Notes under the pieces: generated by a model
What the model was told of the DNA's origin: nothing
The model's database searches: none
The model's input: the letters and a program-made list of their open reading frames with translations, nothing else
Shown here: positions 29,373 to 39,046 of the stretch, one piece after another
Numbering within the stretch: position 1 is the stretch's first letter
How the letters are laid out: every line of letters begins with the position of its first letter
Assembly (NCBI GenBank): GCA_963752285.1
Contig: CAVVXN010000001.1
Coordinates: forward strand, 64,001 to 128,000
Direction of reading: 5' to 3'
Length of the DNA stretch: 64,000 bases
Source: an uncultured Planctomycetota bacterium
GTDB taxonomy: Bacteria; Planctomycetota; PLA2; JAEUHO01
Translations under genes and position numbers: made by a program

Positions 29373-31787
29373 TCACATGTCTACGGCGAGACTCGCGAAG
29401 AACGACAGGCCGGGCGCGGGCAGGCGGCTCGCCGGCGGCACGTAGCTCGCGTCGAAGAGGTTCGTCACGCCGAAGTTCAGGAACGCGTCGTGGTAGTCGC
29501 CGAAGTCGAGCCCGGTGCCCAAGAGCACTTCGCCCGTGACGTAGCTGTCGCCGCCCGTGTACCCGTGCTCCGCGTTCGACGCGCCGTAGACCGCCGCGTC
29601 GGCGAACCAGCGGCGAACTCGGTAGCCGCGCGGCTGCGGGACGGAGTACCGCGTACCGAGGCGCCAGAGGAGGGGCACGTTCGCGACGACCGAGGTGTCG
29701 GTGGACCGCGTCGTGCCGAACGACCCGTAGAGCTCGGCGCCCTCGAGCGTCCGCCAGGGCCGCCACGCGCCGGTCAGCTCGAGCCCGTAGAGCGTTACGT
29801 CGCCGACGTTGTCGAGCTCCGCCGTGGGGCCGAGGATCGGCGCGATCTCCCGCTCGCCGATGAAGTCGTGGACGTAGTGGCCGAAGCCCGCGACCTGGAA
29901 GGAGCCGCAGTCCCCGACCGAAGCCTTGAGGCCGGCCTCGCCGTTCACGTTGAGCTCGGGGTCGAGGTCCGGGTTGCCGAACACGAGGCGGCCGTTCACC
30001 ACCGTGGTCGCGTTGCGCTCGTCGAGCGTGGGTCGCCGCCACCCGCCGGAGGCGTTGGCGTACGCGGTGAGCCACGGACGCAGGTGCCGTGCGACGCCGC
30101 CGGCGCCGCCCACCAGGACCTTCGTGATGCTCTGGTCCACGCGGTTGTCGGAGTTGTGGTAGACGTCGACGCGGATCCCCGCGTGCGTGTCCCAGCACTC
30201 GGAGTGCGACTGGTCCTCCACGAGGAGGCTCGCAAACCACTCCTCGGCCGTGTAGCGCCGCGTGAGCTGGGTGCCGAAGCCGATCGTCTGGAACGTGCGT
30301 CCGTCGAGGAGCTGCGCCGCCAGGATCGAGCTCGAGTCGTCCGCGAGGACGCCGTCGCCGATCTTCGGGGCCGTCGTCGGCTGGCAGCACTGCGCCGTGT
30401 CGCCGATGATCGTCTCCTGGCGCTTCAGCCGCGCATAGCCGACGGTCAGCTCGGCCCACGTGTCGTGGCAGGGGAAGAGGTACAGGTTGCCCTGCAGGTT
30501 GAACTGGTAGCGCTTCGCGTCGTCCTGGCCCCCGATGCCGGTCGAGTAGCCGTAGAACGAGTCGTCGGTTTTGGCGAGGAACGAGTCGAGCGCGATCGAC
30601 GCCTTCGTGCCCGTGAACACGCCGCCGAGGTCGAACGAGGTGAACGAGAGCGCGAGGAAGAACCGGTCGTAGTCGGGGACGGGGCCGCCGGGTCCGATCG
30701 CCGTCGGGCTGTGTACGTCGTAGCCCTTCACGTACTGCGCCGTCACGCCGATCCGGCTGCGGTTGTCGATGAAGTAGTCGAGCGCGAGGTCCGCGGCCCA
30801 CGACCGGTACGAGGACTCGTCGAGGATCGAGCCGTCCCCCAGGAGACGGTCGCCGCGGCGTGTCCACGTCCCGCCGACGAGGGCGGCGATGCGGTCGCGA
30901 CCGACGTCGGCCTCGGCGCGGCCTCGAATGCCGCGCGTCGCGGAGTCGTAGCCCACCGCGCCGCCGACGTCGGCCGAGAGGCAACCGTGCCGGCGCGGGC
31001 GCCGCGGGACGATGTTGATCATGCCCCCCGGGCTGTCGAGCCCCTTCAGGTACACGCCCGGACCGTGGTACAGCTCGACCCGCTCCGTGGACTCGACGTC
31101 CCAGAGCGTGAGCGAGGAGCCGAGGAGGCCGAGCACGTCGCTCGTCGGCCACACGCCGTCGGTCAGCACCTTCACCCGCGTCCCGCCGAGGCCGCGGATC
31201 ACGGGGAGCTCTAGGAACGGGTTCCCGTTGTCGGCCACGATCACGTTGGGGAGGCGGCGGGCGATGTCGCCGATGTCCATGGGCCGCCACTCGGTGAGGT
31301 CGTGGCGTTCGATCACGTCCACCCACTGCGGGACGCGCTTCACGGGCTTCACCCGGGCGTCCATCGACACCTCGCGGATGTCGTGGCGATAGAGGATCGG
31401 CCGCGGCGTGAACGGGTCGGGGGGCGGCAGGGGCGGGCCGAGGCCCACGCCGCGGCTGCGGAAGTCCTTGTCCCAGTCCCCGGGCGGCGGGGGCGGCTCG
31501 GGGGGCCGCTCGCGCACGTCCGGCCCGGGCCCGCCGGTCGGGGGCACGGGCGGGAGCGCATCTTCGGGACCGCCCGGCTCGGGCGGACGCTCGCGGGTGT
31601 CGGGCGAGGGGCCCTCGTCGGCCGGCCCCGCGTCCGGAGCCGGCGGCGGAGGCGGCGGCGCGGGCACGGCGGCGGCGGGCGGCGTTTTGGCCGGGGCGTC
31701 GTCGGCGCGCGCGACGCCCGGATGGACGAACGCCGCTCCCATGCCGACCATCACGATCCACCACCACCGCGGACGCGGGAACCTCAT
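29373..31787 (-). CDS. TonB-dependent receptor
   Basis: Plug motifs IRGLGG.RVKVLTDG and ERVELYHGPG..GGMINIV; GNPDLDPE, GVTNLFD..Y. Confidence 0.88.
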   Translation of the reverse strand: MRFPRPRWWWIVMVGMGAAFVHPGVARADDAPAKTPPAAAVPAPPPPPPAPDAGPADEGPSPDTRERPPEPGGPEDALPPVPPTGGPGPDVRERPPEPPPPPGDWDKDFRSRGVGLGPPLPPPDPFTPRPILYRHDIREVSMDARVKPVKRVPQWVDVIERHDLTEWRPMDIGDIARRLPNVIVADNGNPFLELPVIRGLGGTRVKVLTDGVWPTSDVLGLLGSSLTLWDVESTERVELYHGPGVYLKGLDSPGGMINIVPRRPRRHGCLSADVGGAVGYDSATRGIRGRAEADVGRDRIAALVGGTWTRRGDRLLGDGSILDESSYRSWAADLALDYFIDNRSRIGVTAQYVKGYDVHSPTAIGPGGPVPDYDRFFLALSFTSFDLGGVFTGTKASIALDSFLAKTDDSFYGYSTGIGGQDDAKRYQFNLQGNLYLFPCHDTWAELTVGYARLKRQETIIGDTAQCCQPTTAPKIGDGVLADDSSSILAAQLLDGRTFQTIGFGTQLTRRYTAEEWFASLLVEDQSHSECWDTHAGIRVDVYHNSDNRVDQSITKVLVGGAGGVARHLRPWLTAYANASGGWRRPTLDERNATTVVNGRLVFGNPDLDPELNVNGEAGLKASVGDCGSFQVAGFGHYVHDFIGEREIAPILGPTAELDNVGDVTLYGLELTGAWRPWRTLEGAELYGSFGTTRSTDTSVVANVPLLWRLGTRYSVPQPRGYRVRRWFADAAVYGASNAEHGYTGGDSYVTGEVLLGTGLDFGDYHDAFLNFGVTNLFDASYVPPASRLPAPGLSFFASLAVDM

Positions 31788-31975
31788 CGGTCCGTGGTCC
31801 TCCCTCGGCCCTCGCCCGGACCGCCTGGGGTCGAGCGTATCGGGCCCCGGCCCGCCCCGCAACGCGCGCTGTGGCGTGCACGGGGGCAACGGGGGTCCCA
31901 CCCACGGCGGGAATGTCCCCGAGCGGTCACGGACGCCCCGGCGGGGCGGTCCGGGGGAGGCCGGGGCGGGTTCGC

Positions 31976-33361
31976 TCAGCGCCGGCGGCGGGCGGGCTTG
32001 TGCCAGCGGGGGATCCCGCTCCCGGGCTCGGAGGGCGCGGGCTCCTCCACCGGCACCGGCCGCGGCTGCGGCTGCGGCGGCTCGAAGCCCGGGAACCGCT
32101 TCTGCTCGATCTGGCGGTTGATCAGCTTCTCGATGGACGTCAGGAAGGGGCCGTCGTTCGGGGTGACCAAGGTGACGGCCCACCCCTTTTCCCCCATCCG
32201 GGCGGTGCGACCGACGCGGTGGACGTAGTCCTCGGGGTTCTCGGGGATGTCGTAGTTGAAGACGTGGTCCACGCCCTGGATGTCGAGGCCCCGCGCGGCG
32301 ACGTCGGTCGCCACGAGCAGCTCGAGGCGCCCCTCGCGGAAGTCCGCGAGGATCGCCTCGCGCTGCCGCTGGGGCAGCCCGCTGTGGATCTCGTGCGCGT
32401 CGAAGCCCTCGCGCGAGAGGGCGTACGCGACCCGGTCGGCGGTGAAGCGGGTGCGCGTGAACACGATCGTGCGCCTCGGCTCGCGCTGTCGGAGGATGGC
32501 GATCAGGAGCTCGCGCTTGCGGTCGTGCGGGACGACGTAGAAGACCTGGTCCACCTCGTCCACGGTGAGGGTCCGGCTCTCGATCTCGACCCGATCGTGC
32601 TCCTGGAGGTGGCGGCGGATCAGGGCCTCCACGTCGTCGTTGAGCGTCGCCGAGACGAAAAGGCTCTGCTTGCGACCGCTGCACGCGCGGAGGATCCGGT
32701 CGATGTCGTCCCGGAAGCCGAGGTCGTACATGCGGTCCACCTCGTCCAGCACGAGGCGCTCGACCTTCCCCGCGTCGAACGTGCCGCGGCCGATGTGGTC
32801 GAGGAGCCGACCCGGGGTACCGACGACGACGGCGGCCTTGGGGATCCGCACGAAGTCGCTCCGAAGGCGCGTCCCGCCGTAGATGCAGGCCACGCGGAGG
32901 GGCAGGTGCTTCGCCAGCCGTTCGGCCTCGCCGGCCACCTGCATGGCGAGCTCGCGGGTGGGCACGACGACGAGCAGGCGCACGGGTCCGTGCGGCGGCG
33001 TCGAGGCGGGGGCCCGGGCCTCGTCGAGGAGGGCGAGACAGGGAAGGAGGAAGGCTGCGGTCTTGCCCGTTCCGGTCCGCGAGCGCGCGACGACGTCTCG
33101 CCCCTCGAGGGCGAGGGGGATCATGCGGGCCTGGACTTCGGTCGGGGTCGTGTAGGCGGCCTCGTGGACCGCGAGATTCAGGGGCCGGGGGAGGTCGAAC
33201 TCGTCGAAGCCGGACGTCTCGGGGTCGCCGGAGGGTTCGGCGGCCGGCACCGGCTCGGGCCGTCCGGCGCCGGTCCCGCGCCGGCGACGACGCCGGCGAG
33301 ACCGCCCCGAGGATCCGACGTCCTCCGTCTCCCGGCCTTCGGGAAGCGGATCGGATGTCAT
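31976..33361 (-). CDS. DEAD-box RNA helicase
   Basis: Q motif, TGTGKT, PTRELA, TPGR, DEVD, SAT, ARGLD, HRVGRTAR. Confidence 0.95.
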   Translation of the reverse strand: MTSDPLPEGRETEDVGSSGRSRRRRRRRGTGAGRPEPVPAAEPSGDPETSGFDEFDLPRPLNLAVHEAAYTTPTEVQARMIPLALEGRDVVARSRTGTGKTAAFLLPCLALLDEARAPASTPPHGPVRLLVVVPTRELAMQVAGEAERLAKHLPLRVACIYGGTRLRSDFVRIPKAAVVVGTPGRLLDHIGRGTFDAGKVERLVLDEVDRMYDLGFRDDIDRILRACSGRKQSLFVSATLNDDVEALIRRHLQEHDRVEIESRTLTVDEVDQVFYVVPHDRKRELLIAILRQREPRRTIVFTRTRFTADRVAYALSREGFDAHEIHSGLPQRQREAILADFREGRLELLVATDVAARGLDIQGVDHVFNYDIPENPEDYVHRVGRTARMGEKGWAVTLVTPNDGPFLTSIEKLINRQIEQKRFPGFEPPQPQPRPVPVEEPAPSEPGSGIPRWHKPARRRR

Positions 33362-33430
33362 CGGGGCCGATCGTACCCGGAGCGGAGTAGGGCAGGTGGT
33401 ATAAGGGCCGCCCCGACCGAAATCCGCCGC

Positions 33431-33520
33431 GGAGAGGTGGCAGAGCGGTCGAATGCACCGGCTTGCTAAGCCGGCGTACCCGTCAGGGTACCCCGGGTTC
33501 GAATCCCGGCCTCTCCGCCA
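33431..33520 (+). tRNA. tRNA-Ser (anticodon GCT)
   Basis: GGAGAGG acceptor stem, CCGGC-TTGCTAA-GCCGG anticodon arm, long variable arm, TTCGAATC, CCA end; 90 nt. Confidence 0.97.
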
Positions 33521-33720
33521 CTCCTTCGACTCCCGACCCGGATTTTCGCTGTTCGCCGCGCGCGGACCGTGCGCGCGGGCACGGCAAGGGGAGTTGGGGC
33601 CTACCTCCCCCGCACCCCTAACTCCTTCGACTCCCGACCCGGATTTTCGCTCTTCGCCGCGCGCGGACCGTGCGCACGGGCGCGGCAAGGGGAGTTGGGG
33701 CCTACCTCCCCCGCACCCCT
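33521..33720. repeat. Two near-identical ~100-bp tandem units directly after tRNA-Ser
   Basis: 33521-33619 and 33622-33720; each has CGACTCCCGACCCGGATTTTCG and a GGGGAG..CTCCCC hairpin. Confidence 0.92.
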
Positions 33721-33743
33721 CACGCGCCCCTCGGGGAGGGGGC

Positions 33744-34550
33744 TCAGCGACGTTCGACCCGTAGCACGTTGTGCGTCTTGAACGGCCGGTCGTCCGTGCC
33801 CGCGGCGTCCCAGCCCCGGTCGCTCTCGATCCAGAGCTCGACCGCGCCGTTCGTGACGAGGCCGTCCTCGCGGGAGAGGACGAAATGGGCCTTCACGCTC
33901 GTCTTGGCCTCACGCACCCAGTCGGCGACCGCCTGCGCCTCCGGCTCGACCTGCGGGATGACCACGGCGCCCGTGCCGGAGAGCACGACCTCCTCGGAGC
34001 GCACGGCTTCCACGTGCAACGTGAGCATCAAGCCCAGTGGCATCGGCAGGCCGTCGAGGGCGTCCGGGACGTCCCAGGTCGCCGCGGCCTCGGGGATGTC
34101 GCTCTCCGAAAGAGGGCGAAGACGCGCCGCGAGCCACGCGGCCGGGGAGACGAGGTCACCTGTTCCTACGCCGCCGCGACGCACCTGGTAGCCCACGGGG
34201 CTGACGAAATCCGACACGTCGTCGATCCGCCCGTCCGCTCCGAGGGTGAAGGTGAACGTGCTCTCCTTCACGCCCGGGGACGTCGGCAGGCGTTTCCACA
34301 CCACGCGTCGGCCGCCGTCCCCAGCGGCCGTCGCGGTCAACGAGACGTCGGCGGTCCACGAGAGCTCGCCGTGCTCGCTCGGTCCGCGCCGGCTCTCCTG
34401 CTTCCAGTCGAGGTGGTAGGTACGGACCGCGCCGTCGGGAAGGGAGACGGGCAGGCGGAGGAACGGCGCGGGGGGAGGCGTGGCACGACCACAGGCGGGC
34501 AGGAGCAGCGCGAGCAGGAGTGTTCCCATTGCAATCGATCGGTGGTGCAT
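33744..34550 (-). CDS. Hypothetical lipoprotein
   Basis: LLLALLLPAC lipobox-like signal; start at 34550 or 34529. Confidence 0.7.
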   Translation of the reverse strand: MHHRSIAMGTLLLALLLPACGRATPPPAPFLRLPVSLPDGAVRTYHLDWKQESRRGPSEHGELSWTADVSLTATAAGDGGRRVVWKRLPTSPGVKESTFTFTLGADGRIDDVSDFVSPVGYQVRRGGVGTGDLVSPAAWLAARLRPLSESDIPEAAATWDVPDALDGLPMPLGLMLTLHVEAVRSEEVVLSGTGAVVIPQVEPEAQAVADWVREAKTSVKAHFVLSREDGLVTNGAVELWIESDRGWDAAGTDDRPFKTHNVLRVERR

Positions 34551-34597
34551 ACCGCGATCTCCCCTGCAGCGCGTAGGGGACAGAGGGTAGGCGCGTC

Positions 34598-34834
34598 CGA
34601 CTCCCGACCCAGATTTTCGACATTCCCCACGAGCACGATCCATCCGCCCTTCCCCCGATCCCCTCCCAAGCCGGAATCTTGCTCTTCGCCGCCGGGGCCC
34701 CCACGCGTTCCCCGCCTTGGGATCAGGCTCTCCAGGCGTCGCAGTCCTCGCGGAGAGCCGCGTGCAGGACCCGTGCCGACCGCTCGGCGTAGAGCCCGTC
34801 CTCCCCGAGCCGCCGCACGGGGAGCCGGGCCCGC
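34598..34834. repeat. Diverged direct copy of the transposase 3' end plus downstream flank (partner 38784-39046)
   Basis: Alignable by eye over ~240 bp with scattered substitutions. Confidence 0.92.
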
Positions 34835-34995
34835 TTCGATTGGGGCGTGGCGGCGGTGCTGGGTCACGTAGCCGCAGAGACCGTCGGTCCCCACGATCAT
34901 CACCGTCGCCGTGTTCGTGCCGCCTCCGCCGCCGCAGCCCGCCAGGGCGAGGCCGGCACACAGTCCGAGCCGAGCCCGAGCAGCGTACTCCGCAT
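34835..34995 (-). pseudogene. Frameshifted, truncated lipoprotein gene fragment
   Basis: GAGAGG + ATG MRSTLLGLG, then a shifted frame LGLCAGLALAGCGGGGGTNTATVMIVG cut off at the repeat. Confidence 0.55.
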
Positions 34996-35507
34996 GTGCC
35001 TCTCGCGGCAGGCGGCATCGACGTGGCCGCGTTCCGCCGCCCCGCCGAGGCGGCGAGGATGCGGGGGCAGCCGACGTACCGTCAAGGGCAATCGGCCGTC
35101 GCCGTCGGAGGGTGCGCGGGGTACGGAGGCAGGCACCACCGGCGCGGGCGCCGTGTGGCTCTCGAACCGCGTCCGCACTCTCGCCGATCCCACCCGGAAG
35201 GCCTTGGATCCCGAAGCACAGATCGCCGGCTCCGGCTCCCGGCTTCGTGCCCGTGTGGCGTGCTGGTGAAGGCTGCGTTCCGGCGCGCAACGCAGAGAGC
35301 TGCACCTCGACTCCGTCCATTCTGGTGGGGACCTCTCGCCTCCGCGGCAGATCCCGGAGTGCGTCGGTCGGGCGCGCGCCGAGGCGGTGCCCTGGTCACG
35401 CCGCCTCGTCGTCTCGGCGCCGGGACGGACCGGCGCCGCGGGCGGGAGAGACGCCCAGGATCGGAAGGACGGGTCGGGAGCCGATGGGCGGGCGCTTGCG
35501 GAGTGGA

Positions 35508-38500
35508 CTACCTCTTCGCCTGCTCCAGGCACCACCGTTTGTTCTGCTCGAAGAGGCGCACGCCGGGGAAGCGTTCGATCGCGTGGTCGTAGACGGCGAT
35601 CGCGCCGTTCCAGTCCTTGGCGTCCGAGAAGGTCTTCGCCCACCGGTCCCAGATCGCGATGGCGTTCCCGCTCAACCGCCGGCTGTCCGGCGCGGCCGCG
35701 ATCCCGGCCGCGTACACGTCCACGGCTTCCTGCCAGTGGCCGGCGTCCGACAGGCTGCGGGCCCAGGTGTCGTAGAGCGCCTCGGCGGCCTCCCGGTGGG
35801 CCGCCGCGTCCGGGAGCAGGTCGGCGGCGCGGGCCAGGAAGGCGACGCCCTCTTCGCCCTTGCCCTGCGACGCCAGGGTCGCGAGCGTCTGCTGCACGCG
35901 ATTGCGCGCGGCCCGCTTCACGCCCTCGTCGTCGGGAAAGCGCTCGCGCATGGCCTGCAGGGCGACCAGCGCGGCTTCAGGGTCCGCGGCCTGCGCGGCC
36001 CACTGCTGCGTCAGCCAGGCGACGTTTCTCACGAGCGTGCGCTCGCCGGGGACCTTCTCGAGCCCCTTCACGTACACGTCCGCGGCCTGCTCCCAGTGCC
36101 CCGCCGACATCTCGGCGCGGGCCCACGCGTCGTAGACGAACGCGTAGAGGTCCGTGGCGTCCTTGGCCTTCGTGAAGAGCGCGCGACCGCGGTCGAGCGC
36201 GTCGATGGCCTCCGCATGCTTGCCGGCGCGGACGAGGTCGTTCACCTGACGCCTCAGCTCGTTGGCGCTGGTGCTGGCGACGCGGTCCATGTCGGGGAAG
36301 AGCTGCTTCAGCTTCGCCTGGACCTCGGCGGCCTCGTCGGCCCCGCCGTGCGCGTAGGCGGCGCGCGTCCACTCCTGGGCGAGGTAGGCCGTGTTCTGGC
36401 GAAGGAGCCGGTCCTGGGGGAAGCGCCCCAGCGCGCTCGCGTAGACCTGGGCGGCCTCCAACCACGCTTTGGCGGCCATCTTCCGTTTCGCCCAGAGGTC
36501 GAACACGTTCACCGCGAGCGCGTCGCGATCCTTCCCCGCGGGCAGGAGGTCGCCGGCGGACTCGATCACGGCGAGCGCCTCCTCCTCCTTCCCCTCTTTC
36601 GCCAGCGCGAGCGCCACGCGCTGCACGTGGCTCGCCCCCACCAGCGCGATCGACGGCACGGCCGGGAAGCGTTCCCGCAGCGCGCGCAGCAGGTCGAACG
36701 AGGCGGCGGGGCCGCTCTGTCTCGCGCGCGCCCGGGCCCACTCCTGGGCCAGGTAGCCGGCGTTCTGCCGCAGCGCCGCATCGTCGGGAATCGCCGCCAG
36801 GCCCTGCTCGATCACCTGCGCCGCCGCGTCGTAGTGGCCCTGCCGCACCTCGGAGGTGAACCAGCGCGCGTAGAGCGAGGACCGCCACGACACGATCTCG
36901 TCCCGCGCTCCGCCCTCGAGACGATCCAGGCCGGGAAGCGCCGCTGCCAGCGCCTCGGTCCAGTGCGACTCCCTCACCAGCTTCTCGGCGCGCTTGAGGA
37001 AGACCCAGGACCGCAGGTCGCCGAATCCGGCGTCGGGCACCGCCCGGGCGGCACGGCCGAGGATCGCGAGCGCGTCGTCCACGTGGCCGGCGTCGATCGC
37101 GTCGTTCGCCCATCCGCTCCAGATCGCGCGCTGGTTGTTCCGAAGCAGCGCGTCCTCGGGCGCGAGGGCCAAGCCCGTTTCCACCACCTCGAGCGCCTGC
37201 TCGTACTTCCCGCCCTTCTGGAGCTCGACACCCCAGTTCGCGAGCACGGCCAGGGCATTCTTCACCGCGGAGCCGAACTCCTCGTCGAGGCTCATCGCGC
37301 GGAAGTACTCCATCAGCGCCTCGTGGTAGCGCTTCTCCTGGCCCAGCCTGACGCCGTGGTTGTAGTAGATGATCGCGGCGAGGCCTGCCTCCCGCACCTC
37401 GCGCCGCTGGTCCCGGTGCGCGTCCGGGATGTAGCGGAAACCGGTGAGCGCCTGGACCTTCGCGGCGACGGCCGGATCGCGTGCGGGGTTGAAGCCCTGC
37501 GGCGTCGTCGTCTCCACGTCCATGTGATTCGTGCCCTCGTAGAGGATCGAGAACGCGTGCGTGGGCACCTCGATCGCCCGGGCGTCGAGCCCCAGGCCCA
37601 GGGCGAGGACGTTGAAGAGCGTGGCGGACGAGACGCAGTTGAAGGTGCCGGTGTCGAGCACGGTGGAGAGGTCGGTCTGGTTCGCCACGTAGCCCTTCGA
37701 CATGGGGCCCGCGTGCATCCACTTCAGCAGGGCCTCGCCCTTCGCCGCGGGCGTCTTCGCGGAGGCGACGGCCTCCCTCGCCTGCTCCTCCAGCTCGTCG
37801 AGCCGCGCGACGTAGGCCTTCCGGCGCGCGGGGTCCGTCACGCCAGATGCGAGCAGCGCCGCCTCCTCGAAGAGCGCGCGATCCAGGCGACCCTGTCGCG
37901 CGCGATCGAAGAGCGCTCGCTCGTCGGGCGCGATCGAGGGGTGCAGCGATGTCGTCTTCTCCAGGCGGGCGAGGACGTCGAACGCGCGGGCCGGGGACTC
38001 GCCGAAGGCGTACCGGCTCTTCGGCTCCCCCTCGAACCCGAGCACCTCCACCTCGGCGGCGGCGACGCGGGTCGCGCCGGCTGCCGGCGTGAGCCGCACG
38101 AGGATGAATCGCGCGGCGATCGGCGGGAAGGGGAAGAGCCTGGGCCGTCCGGCGGCGTCCAGCGGGTCCGCCCGCACCGAGGTGAAGCCCGCGTGCGCGG
38201 AGACCGTCGAGACCAGGACCTCGACCCGCGCGGCCGGCGCCTGGGAAGCCCTCGCGTCGGGAAGCGTCACGCGCACGCCTTGCGGCGCGACCTCTGCGTC
38301 GCCGAAGCCGTAGACGACGTCGAGCGTCGTGCCAGGCGCGACGGCGACCTCGGCGACCGTGTCGGACTTTCCGTCTGCCAGCGCGGCGACGGAGGCCGCT
38401 TCGCCGCCGAACGCCGTGGTCGCGACGACCGAGGCCGCCGGCAGCCTGAGGAGGTCGACCGGCTTCTCCTCCTCCGCGCGCGCCGCACGCGGCAGCAGGC

Positions 38501-38567
38501 TCAGGAGCGCGAGGGCGAGCGCCGCGCCCGGCAGAACGAGACGAGCCCGGGCCAGCACGCGGATCAT
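35508..38567 (-). CDS. Exported protein: discoidin-like domain + transglutaminase-like domain + TPR array
   Basis: Signal ending ARA; GTFNCVSS, PTHAF, DVETT; repeated LRQN.AYLAQEW helical units. Confidence 0.8.
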   Translation of the reverse strand: MIRVLARARLVLPGAALALALLSLLPRAARAEEEKPVDLLRLPAASVVATTAFGGEAASVAALADGKSDTVAEVAVAPGTTLDVVYGFGDAEVAPQGVRVTLPDARASQAPAARVEVLVSTVSAHAGFTSVRADPLDAAGRPRLFPFPPIAARFILVRLTPAAGATRVAAAEVEVLGFEGEPKSRYAFGESPARAFDVLARLEKTTSLHPSIAPDERALFDRARQGRLDRALFEEAALLASGVTDPARRKAYVARLDELEEQAREAVASAKTPAAKGEALLKWMHAGPMSKGYVANQTDLSTVLDTGTFNCVSSATLFNVLALGLGLDARAIEVPTHAFSILYEGTNHMDVETTTPQGFNPARDPAVAAKVQALTGFRYIPDAHRDQRREVREAGLAAIIYYNHGVRLGQEKRYHEALMEYFRAMSLDEEFGSAVKNALAVLANWGVELQKGGKYEQALEVVETGLALAPEDALLRNNQRAIWSGWANDAIDAGHVDDALAILGRAARAVPDAGFGDLRSWVFLKRAEKLVRESHWTEALAAALPGLDRLEGGARDEIVSWRSSLYARWFTSEVRQGHYDAAAQVIEQGLAAIPDDAALRQNAGYLAQEWARARARQSGPAASFDLLRALRERFPAVPSIALVGASHVQRVALALAKEGKEEEALAVIESAGDLLPAGKDRDALAVNVFDLWAKRKMAAKAWLEAAQVYASALGRFPQDRLLRQNTAYLAQEWTRAAYAHGGADEAAEVQAKLKQLFPDMDRVASTSANELRRQVNDLVRAGKHAEAIDALDRGRALFTKAKDATDLYAFVYDAWARAEMSAGHWEQAADVYVKGLEKVPGERTLVRNVAWLTQQWAAQAADPEAALVALQAMRERFPDDEGVKRAARNRVQQTLATLASQGKGEEGVAFLARAADLLPDAAAHREAAEALYDTWARSLSDAGHWQEAVDVYAAGIAAAPDSRRLSGNAIAIWDRWAKTFSDAKDWNGAIAVYDHAIERFPGVRLFEQNKRWCLEQAKR

Positions 38568-38783
38568 CGGATTCCCCCCGTCTCGGCCACCTCGCCAGGG
38601 CCGAGGTCGCGCGGGAGGCCGCGGGCTCCCGGCCCGGTCCGTCGCAAGGGTCGCCGGCCCGTCCGGACGAGGACCGACCTGCCCCCGCCGAACGGGCCCG
38701 ATCCTACGTCGTGGCCCCACCGCCCACCAGGGCCAGCCGAGGGCGGACTGCCGTGCGCGCGCGAGTCGTCGCCCCTTCACCTT

Positions 38784-39046
38784 CGACTCCCGACCCAGAT
38801 TTTCGACATTCCCCACGAGCACGATCCATCCGCCCTTCCCTCGATCCAATCCCAAGCCGGAGTTTCGCGCTTCAATCCCAAGCCGGAGTTTCGCGCTTCG
38901 CCGCCAGGGCCCCCACGCATTCCCCGCCTTGGGATCAGGCTCTCCAGGCGTCGTAGTCCTCGCGGAGAGCCGCGTGCAGGACCCGGGCCGACCGCTCGGC
39001 GTAGAGCCCGTCCTCCCCGAGCAGCCGCACGTGGAGCCGGGCCCGC
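38784..39046. repeat. Second copy of the ~240-bp duplication, with an internal 26-bp tandem duplication
   Basis: CAATCCCAAGCCGGAGTTTCGCGCTT at 38847-38872 and 38873-38898. Confidence 0.9.

Noticed and set aside
35000..35500. Small CDS or riboswitch in the 500-bp gap
   Set aside because: No ORF with convincing codon bias or RBS and no recognisable RNA motif.
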